Part shown: piece after piece, positions 60,501 through 64,000 of the stretch
Numbering within the stretch: the first letter of the stretch is position 1
How the letters are laid out: each line of letters begins with the position of its first letter
Source of the DNA: Phoronis australis
Lineage: Eukaryota > Animalia > Phoronida
Length of the DNA: 64,000 nucleotides
Direction: 5' to 3'
Assembly: GCA_002633005.1 (NCBI GenBank)
Contig: NMRA01000062.1
Span: forward strand, 273,022-337,021
Made by a program: the position numbers and the translations under genes
Notes under the pieces: generated by a model
The model's database searches: none
What the model saw: only the letters and a program-made list of their open reading frames with translations
What the model was told of the DNA's origin: nothing

Positions 60501-63122
60501 TCTCAACATTTCCCAGAACAATGCAGGGTCATATGCTCCCCAAATCACTTTCTCTGTCAGAATCATCCTTGTGCCATAAATTAAAGCCTGGTATATTTGA
60601 GTACCACCGTGTTTTCGCATATTGAAGGCCATGGCTTTATATTGGGGGTAATGTTTGCATCCCAGTGTGAGCAAGCTGCAATTAATTCTTCAAATTCCAA
60701 ATTCACAACAAGTGTTGTGTGGGTTTTGTTTTTTCCCTTTTATTCAACGGGTTTGCCCACCAACATTTATTAAGATTTACAGTACTGAACATTTTGGTTA
60801 TGACTGATTGGCTACGGGTGTATATTCATTGTTGCATTTTCAAAATGTTCCCAAAAATGCACTATTTCACTAACAAGGTCGTGGCTAATACCGGTAGTAT
60901 AATTATTGTAAAAAAAGTATCGATAAAATGAAAGCATTATTAGTATGTTTCTTGAGTTCAAGGTTAAAGTGACACATTAGTTAAGCACTGCAGAGGAGGT
61001 GGGATATAACTTGTCACTCAATAAGTGTGCCATTCCAATTGGATCAATTTAGTAACTCCACCCACCTTGGGACGAGTTCCATCCATCACTCCAATCCTAT
61101 ACAACATGTCCTTGAGCCCCTGAACTGTATCAAATCCTTCGTATTTACCAAGGATGTCGGCTGCAGTCATACGCACATTATACTGAAAATGGAACAACAT
61201 GATGAAAATATGACTGACTCACTGAAGGTCACATTATTTATATTTTTACGATTAAAATTACGACCCAGTAGGTGAATGTTCAAGTAGACAAAATCTCAAA
61301 AATGCCGATACACTTTTCTAAATTATGGTTTATTTTAATTTAACTTTTTCATGAAAATCACAGAAGTCCTACTTTTGATGAACCCTCACACAACACTTTA
61401 AAAACAATTTCTAATGCAGTTTGGAAGAACGGTGCGTGCAGCACAGTACTTGAATCTTCCATATGAATTCCAACAGCCAATTCTGACATATAATGTTCCG
61501 AAGTTCGCCAAATTTGGACACTTTTATAGGGTCCTAGATAACCTTCGCACCACTTTCAAACTGATAAAAATGAGACGCCAACGGTTAATTCCAGCGTCAA
61601 ATACCGTCGACCGCCGTACTCACGTCTTTATCCGTCAAGTGTTCTAACAGCTCCATCATGATGATTTTTTTGTCCAGACCCATACGGCCCAAACCCTGCA
61701 TGGCACCGACACGGATCAGAGCCGACGCGTGGCCCAAGTGGTCCTGGAACTTGGCGACTGTGTCCTTGTACAAGTTGGAGCCAAAGGGACGCTCCCTGCA
61801 CAATCATGGCATGTGTAGCAGTAATGGTAGCGGCAGCAGTGTCAGTGATAGCTAAGAGTTACGCAGTGTTCTACACATCACAAAATTCAAACACAATTGG
61901 AATTACAAAAGTCATGAGGTTGTTCGAAAGTCCATGTTCACATTGTGGGAAGCATGCGTGTTAAGTCTTAGCATAATAAGCACATTGAATATGTACCAAA
62001 AGTCCAAAATGAACTATTTGCTTAAGAATTGACTAACCTCCCAATATTTGAATCTCGTTGCATTCCTTTTTCAAACCCAACGCAAGCAAACGAAACTCGT
62101 CACGACAAAATTCAAATTCGAACAAGCGACGAGTCAAAAAAGGTTGAGAACATTTGAAGATGAAGTGATACACAGTTTGAAGTCAGAAACTATGCAGTGG
62201 TAACAACTACAGTGCAGTAACATCCGGAAGACCTCTAAAAAGTTTTGCGTACTGTAAAGTGAAAAAAGAGTTCAAGATAACCACGCAACTCTAACCCACT
62301 TGCATCACAATGTGACAGAACTCACTCATGTATATCAGCTATGGCGTTGATAATATCTCTGTGCTCCACGTATCCCGTCGAGGGGTCCTTCTTGGCAGCC
62401 TCGTCCAGCAGTTCCATCATACGCCTAACTATGTCCCCTCGCTTCATACCCTCCAAGGCTTCCAGGTTCCGCAACTCCTCGGGCCACCAGGCCTTGTTCA
62501 TTAACTTCCCTATGGCACCCAGGGCCTAGAGAAAGAGCTTTAAATTTATTTTATTTAAATCATAACTTCCCTACGGCACCCAGGGCCTAGAGAGAGAAAG
62601 AGAAGCGTTTATTCTTTTAAATCATAACTTCCCTCTGGCACCCAGGGTCTAGAGATTGAAAGACAAGCTTTTAATATGTTTTTAAATCATACAAAAATAT
62701 ACACTGTTATATGACTGGGTGGCCAGCAAAGGCATGGGCCGTTAGTAACTGGTAGCTGACCACTGAGTAACAATAAATAGTAACAAGTAAGGTAACAAAC
62801 TGCACCAAAGATTTAATGCTACATGTGGAAGAAGTAAATGATTATTAATTAAGGATATTTTAGCTGGACGTATCTAGTAAAAACTTTAAGTTGCAGGGAT
62901 CACAGCTGTCCCCTGCTACAGAAGATGGTTGACTGCGGTCTCGGAACTTCCCCCCTTTCCTGTGAAACTGTACTGGAGTGACCTCTATTGGATAGGACCG
63001 TGTCGCCAGTACAGCTTCAGAGGAAAGGCAGGAAGATCCGATCTAGCGCAGGTTTTTAGAAAGTGGAGTATAAAAATGTATCTTGCCTTCAATCTCCGTC
63101 GTCTTTCAGCTTCTTCCTGTTG
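4570..63122 (-). CDS. Large multi-exon gene, 5' end outside the window; HEAT-like repeats, acidic linker and helical repeats; tentatively WDR87-like
   Basis: About 55 exons with canonical acceptors and donors chain with matching phases and no stops, except the ambiguous segments noted in the findings. The WDR87 resemblance rests on overall architecture and the C-terminal VVPPLP..V..IP...Y.VL.W motif, recalled from memory and not searched. Confidence 0.8.
5359..5582. repeat. 51-bp minisatellite (about 4.4 units) spanning an exon acceptor
   Basis: Unit CACTGTTCAGCTGAAGGAGAGATGACAGAGCATGAAATGAACACCT(A/G)CTG(A/C). Confidence 0.92.
6456..12773 (-). CDS. C-terminus A: exons 12691-12773, 6981-7106 (frame 0), 6456-6527 (TGA)
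   Basis: ...DGILFAQK|MLSQCHLL...YHYVAPRYSTAKVVPPLPQM|VVEVIPHHTYSVLHWRFPRPRHL*; both junctions phase 0. Confidence 0.65.
9175..9517. mobile_element. Foldback MITE with about 145-bp inverted arms
   Basis: Arm 9175-9318 is the imperfect reverse complement of 9373-9517. Confidence 0.8.
9817..9973 (-). mobile_element. tRNA-derived SINE-like element; related copies at 38974-39098 and 36517-36562
   Basis: Minus strand carries A box TGGCTCAGTGG and B-box-like GTTTGAGTCC in a ~72-nt tRNA-like head; copies share the body GGTCACGTGATGTGGCCAA. Confidence 0.75.
14262..14480. repeat. Degenerate ~38-bp tandem repeat
   Basis: Recurring CATGATCAAAAC...GACCGTTCAC. Confidence 0.7.
15195..24065 (-). CDS. Exons 23961-24065, 23232-23342, 21603-21782, 21161-21232, 20775-20813, 20119-20268, 19229-19402, 17940-18077, 17098-17181, 16277-16456, 15195-15314
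   Basis: All symmetric phase 1 with canonical splice sites; helical protein-like sequence such as AELYRIHKHFTAMAELSLRKA and TAMVKIGFEWRLSPP. Confidence 0.85.
16457..16855. repeat. About 37-bp minisatellite (about 10 units)
   Basis: Unit ATGACCAGAACTGGTAATGAGCAGGTCAAGTTAAGGT. Confidence 0.92.
18226..18945. repeat. 19-bp minisatellite with a 76-bp higher-order unit; contains N gap 18350-18461
   Basis: GTGAGGGGTGACAGAGAC(A/G/T), with every fourth unit GTGAGGGGCCACAAAGACT. Confidence 0.95.
22705..23050 (-). mobile_element. Penelope-like retroelement remnant (GIY-YIG C-terminus, pLTR and inverted pLTR fragment)
   Basis: ELKICEALHINWCKPSLNRQL matches the end of PLE endonuclease ORFs; a hammerhead motif follows downstream. 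Confidence 0.8.
22722..22763 (-). ncRNA. Minimal hammerhead ribozyme, more degenerate
   Basis: CTGATGA-T-GGTG...CGCC-GAAA-CATG-TC; stem I is poor. Confidence 0.6.
24332..24732. mobile_element. PIF/Harbinger-type MITE
   Basis: About 42-bp TIRs starting GGCCCGGTCTC; 3-bp CAG TSD; internal CTCGAAA repeats. Confidence 0.85.
24864..26749 (-). CDS. Exons 26711-26749, 26468-26494, 26208-26288, 25392-25436, 24864-24941: cassette copy 3 plus linker
   Basis: Sizes 39/27/81/45/78 nt, all phase 1, open frame. Confidence 0.85.
25045..25240. mobile_element. Degenerate MITE with inverted arms
   Basis: GCTATGAGCTGAGCCCTCTGCTTCAA and TTGAGCCAGAGAGCTCAACTCGTAGC are near reverse complements. Confidence 0.55.
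27723..27785. repeat. 19-bp tandem repeat x3, self-complementary
   Basis: AGTCAGCTTGACTAAGCTT. Confidence 0.9.
27802..30611 (-). CDS. Exons 30573-30611, 29852-29878, 29434-29514, 29012-29056, 27802-27954: cassette copy 2 plus linker
   Basis: Sizes 39/27/81/45/153 nt, all phase 1, open frame. Confidence 0.85.
28145..28629. mobile_element. hAT-like MITE, copy 2
   Basis: Same TIRs and body as copy 1; TSD ACAATG/ACACTG (5 of 6 match). Confidence 0.9.
29271..29379. mobile_element. Miniature palindromic element
   Basis: About 41-bp near-perfect inverted arms GGTAATAATTGGATCTAACGTGCCC.../...GGGCACGTTATATCCGATTATTACC. Confidence 0.75.
31429..35985 (-). CDS. Tentative exons 35960-35985, 33890-33935, 33372-33392/33398, 32959-33003, 31938-31986, 31429-31496
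   Basis: One phase-consistent path exists (...NLCLKTFVSLLVQLA...ELLERRLHAFKDHLGEILERIG...EAQLIEQG), but other paths are also possible. Confidence 0.45.
31500..31732. repeat. Degenerate ~60-bp tandem repeat abutting an acceptor
   Basis: Recurring GAACACCAGGGAATATGGTTATCTGGATAA. Confidence 0.75.
32388..32668. repeat. About 39-bp minisatellite with a dimeric (78-bp) period
   Basis: ATGCAATGACTGGTGAGGAGACATCTC alternating with GTGCAATGACAGGCAAGGAGACATCTA. Confidence 0.85.
34019..35800. mobile_element. Helentron-associated (HINE/DINE-1-like) non-autonomous element with ~148-bp central tandem repeats
   Basis: Starts AACAAGAGC; subterminal AATGCGTCCAC near 34043; GACG microsatellite; 3' hairpin TGCGTCCACATA/TATGTGGGCGCA followed by TAAAAA. 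Confidence 0.7.
35072..35573. mobile_element. hAT-like MITE, copy 3, nested in a HINE-like element
   Basis: Same TIRs and body; TSD TACAAA. Confidence 0.9.
36387..38916 (-). CDS. Exons 38803-38916, 38543-38551 (9 nt), 38058-38096, 37894-37920, 36387-36473: helical cassette copy 1
   Basis: All symmetric phase 1, gtaag donors, open frame. Confidence 0.75.
36671..37259 (+). mobile_element. Deleted TIR DNA transposon retaining a frameshifted THAP domain start
   Basis: From 36865: MKYYCCAVVCNSDRTKLDKLDN / FVTFLTSAKDKKLRSQQIRQLFQRVNF; imperfect ~25-bp TIRs. Confidence 0.7.
38974..39098. mobile_element. Internally deleted copy of the tRNA-headed element with 30-bp terminal inverted repeats
   Basis: AAGTCTGGTCTGCACGCCACCTGTTGGCCA versus TGGCCAACAGGTAGCGCGCAGACTAGACTT. 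Confidence 0.7.
40744..46389 (-). CDS. Exons 46321-46389, 45609-45641, 45435-45461, 44969-44986, 43448-43519, 41615-41844, 41468-41506, 40744-40870
   Basis: Continuous frame GVDVRMLKFQTNYK...IEQDEEKQGRRRVKKK...FPSDFLEKYVIPP...TVIQHLQESD; strong splice signals. Confidence 0.8.
42079..42120 (-). ncRNA. Minimal type I hammerhead ribozyme
   Basis: CTT-CTGAGGA-T-GGTGTTT(TAAC)AAACACC-GAAA-CATG-TC-AAG; 7-bp stem II and palindromic stem III. Confidence 0.8.
42452..42492 (+). ncRNA. Minimal type I hammerhead ribozyme
   Basis: CTT-CTGAGGA-T-GGCGTTT(AAT)AAATGCC-GAAA-CACG-TC-AAG. Confidence 0.75.
44478..44865. repeat. Degenerate ~55-bp minisatellite
   Basis: GTACCAGTGTGCAGGTCTGTGGATACGACACAGTGTCCAGACC variants. 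Confidence 0.8.
45779..46166 (+). mobile_element. Second THAP-fragment TIR element
   Basis: LCAVGCNSYVKKFDKLDNYPRMRDLKFFAFPTSMRD; termini related to the 36671 element. Confidence 0.7.
47280..47505 (+). repeat. Unclassified interspersed repeat; related copies near 1622-1750, 10838-11045, 19825-19880, 30100-30285
   Basis: Shared blocks AAATCATGGGT..TTCACA..TTTGAAATT and GAATAGCTGAGCCCAG. Confidence 0.6.
48060..48372. repeat. Degenerate ~19-bp tandem repeat
   Basis: TTTTGGGGTTCATCAT variants. Confidence 0.8.
49225..49372. repeat. (CAGA)n microsatellite
   Basis: Directly visible in the sequence. Confidence 0.95.
49474..50740. other. 633-bp direct duplication around a single N (probable contig-overlap artefact)
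   Basis: 49474-50106 and 50108-50740 are identical except for a few substitutions; N at 50107. Confidence 0.85.
50942..54843 (-). CDS. Exons 54780-54843, 53214-53250, 52440-52472 (plus acidic extension 52218-52424), 50942-51027
   Basis: Phases 0>1>2>2>1 chain correctly; gtaagt/gtatgt donors. Confidence 0.75.
55752..55885. repeat. About 20-bp tandem repeat
   Basis: GGGAGGGGAGACAACTAT variants. Confidence 0.8.
56136..60129 (-). CDS. Exons 60007-60129, 57463-57477 (15 nt), 56136-56324: acidic low-complexity linker
   Basis: All phase 0. PQRKEMDKSKEEQ..., ERAHL, DIESGDEDEEE...GQVNVDG repeats; canonical splice sites. Confidence 0.75.
56790..56990. repeat. 39-bp minisatellite x5
   Basis: GCACCCCAGGACACCCCAATATTCCCCTTGCTCATT variants. 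Confidence 0.9.
57699..57778. repeat. 14-bp tandem repeat x5-6
   Basis: GCAATATTAGCCGG. Confidence 0.95.
58221..59572. mobile_element. Second, older HINE-like element
   Basis: Similar 5' end (AGCAAGAACAACACAGAGC), similar internal units, and 3' hairpin ATGAGCCCACAT/ATGTGCGCACAT plus AAAAA. Confidence 0.55.
61066..63122 (-). CDS. Exons 63087-63122, 62326-62525, 61624-61795, 61066-61182: HEAT-like repeat region
   Basis: Spliced frame QQEEAERRRRLK-ALGAIGKLMNKAWWPEE...HASALIRVGAMQGLGRMG...LLEHLTDKD-YNVRMTAADILGK matches a HEAT/PBS-type consensus. Junction phases 0, 2 and 0 are consistent. Confidence 0.88.
62503..62690. repeat. About 61-bp tandem triplication spanning an exon acceptor
   Basis: AACTTCCCT(A/C)(T/C)GGCACCCAGGG(C/T)CTAGAGA x3. 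Confidence 0.88.
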
Positions 63123-63770
63123 CTAAAAGTACACAAAGACATCTGTGTCTATTTCTTGCTAATCTACAAGCTCTACAAAAACCTACATTCCGATTAAGTT
63201 ACTAACATTACGTAATAATTAACACCAAGGGCAACAAAACACCAGGGATTCGTTTCCGATGAAAAATGACTTAAGACGTAAGACAAAAATTTGGTCTTAC
63301 GCTCCACACCTCTAAATAATATTTAAATTTCACTTGAGCAAAAATGAGAATATACACATCAATGCCAAATGCTGAGATAAATTCCTTAAATTATTTCTCA
63401 TAATTGCTCGATTAAACCTCTGTTCACCAACTGTGAAGAGGGAGCAGAAGACCAAATTTCTATCTTAAGTCTAAAATCATTTTTCACAAAACACACCTCA
63501 AGATAGGTCTGAGTACGATTATGAAAACATCTAGGAATAATAAGTGGGAACTGACCACAGGATGTAACATTTGAGGCATGTTTTAGGTCAAATTTACTCA
63601 GTCCACCAGTTGCCAACATGTTTCAATCATCAGATAGTTAAGACTACATCAAGAAGTTCAGAAAATAAAGTTGTGGCAGGGACAGTGCCACTGAAATAGG
63701 TCAAGCTCATGTGACATTCCTTTAACTAAAAAAAATGACTTTTGTGGCGGTTAAATCTTCCCATTGTATC

Positions 63771-63812
63771 CAGGGCTTGGAATGATCAATGAAAAAAGAG
63801 GAATTTTTATAA
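63771..63812. mobile_element. Left-end fragment of the same hAT-like MITE family
   Basis: CAGGGCTTGGAATGATCAATGAAAAA matches the left end of copies 1-3. Confidence 0.65.
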
Positions 63813-64000
63813 CTTCCAGGTAATATATGGTTCCACAAATAAATAGGCTTCTGTCATAGAGAAAGTTTTTGTGTTGTAAAATTTAACTACCATAAACGTT
63901 TCAGCATGAATAAAGACAAAATAATGATAAAAAAGATGAAAAAAGAGGAAACTGGAAATCAAAGAAGAGGAAATCGAAACCAAAAAGAGGATCTTTATTC

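Noticed and set aside
4570-63122. Assigning the symbol WDR87 or WDR97
   Set aside because: No WD40 repeats are present in the window and the similarity is from memory only. A blastp/HMM search of the spliced protein is needed.

Overview
AT-rich, intron-containing eukaryotic DNA, most consistent with an invertebrate animal scaffold (one 112-N gap, two single-N joins). Most ORFs in the track are noise or partial exons. Two convergent genes were reconstructed by hand. (1) A two-coding-exon ecdysteroid-kinase-like (EcKL/CHK) gene on + (1406-3150). (2) The 3' part of a very large gene on - running from beyond the right edge to about 4570, with roughly 55 mostly short exons: HEAT-like repeats, then an acidic linker, a triplicated helical 3-4-exon cassette, and two alternative C-termini. 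It is tentatively WDR87-like, from remembered similarity only. Its introns hold many non-autonomous elements: a hAT-like MITE family with 6-bp TSDs, a Harbinger MITE, THAP-carrying TIR elements, Helentron-like HINEs with ~148-bp periodic CTCF-like motifs, Penelope remnants with hammerhead ribozymes, and a tRNA-headed element bounded by inverted repeats. The most notable signals are a candidate dual-frame exon, an in-frame stop or 15-nt intron puzzle, the exon-cassette triplication, and minisatellites built from 3' splice sites. All exon models come from splice motifs and phase continuity, without transcript data.
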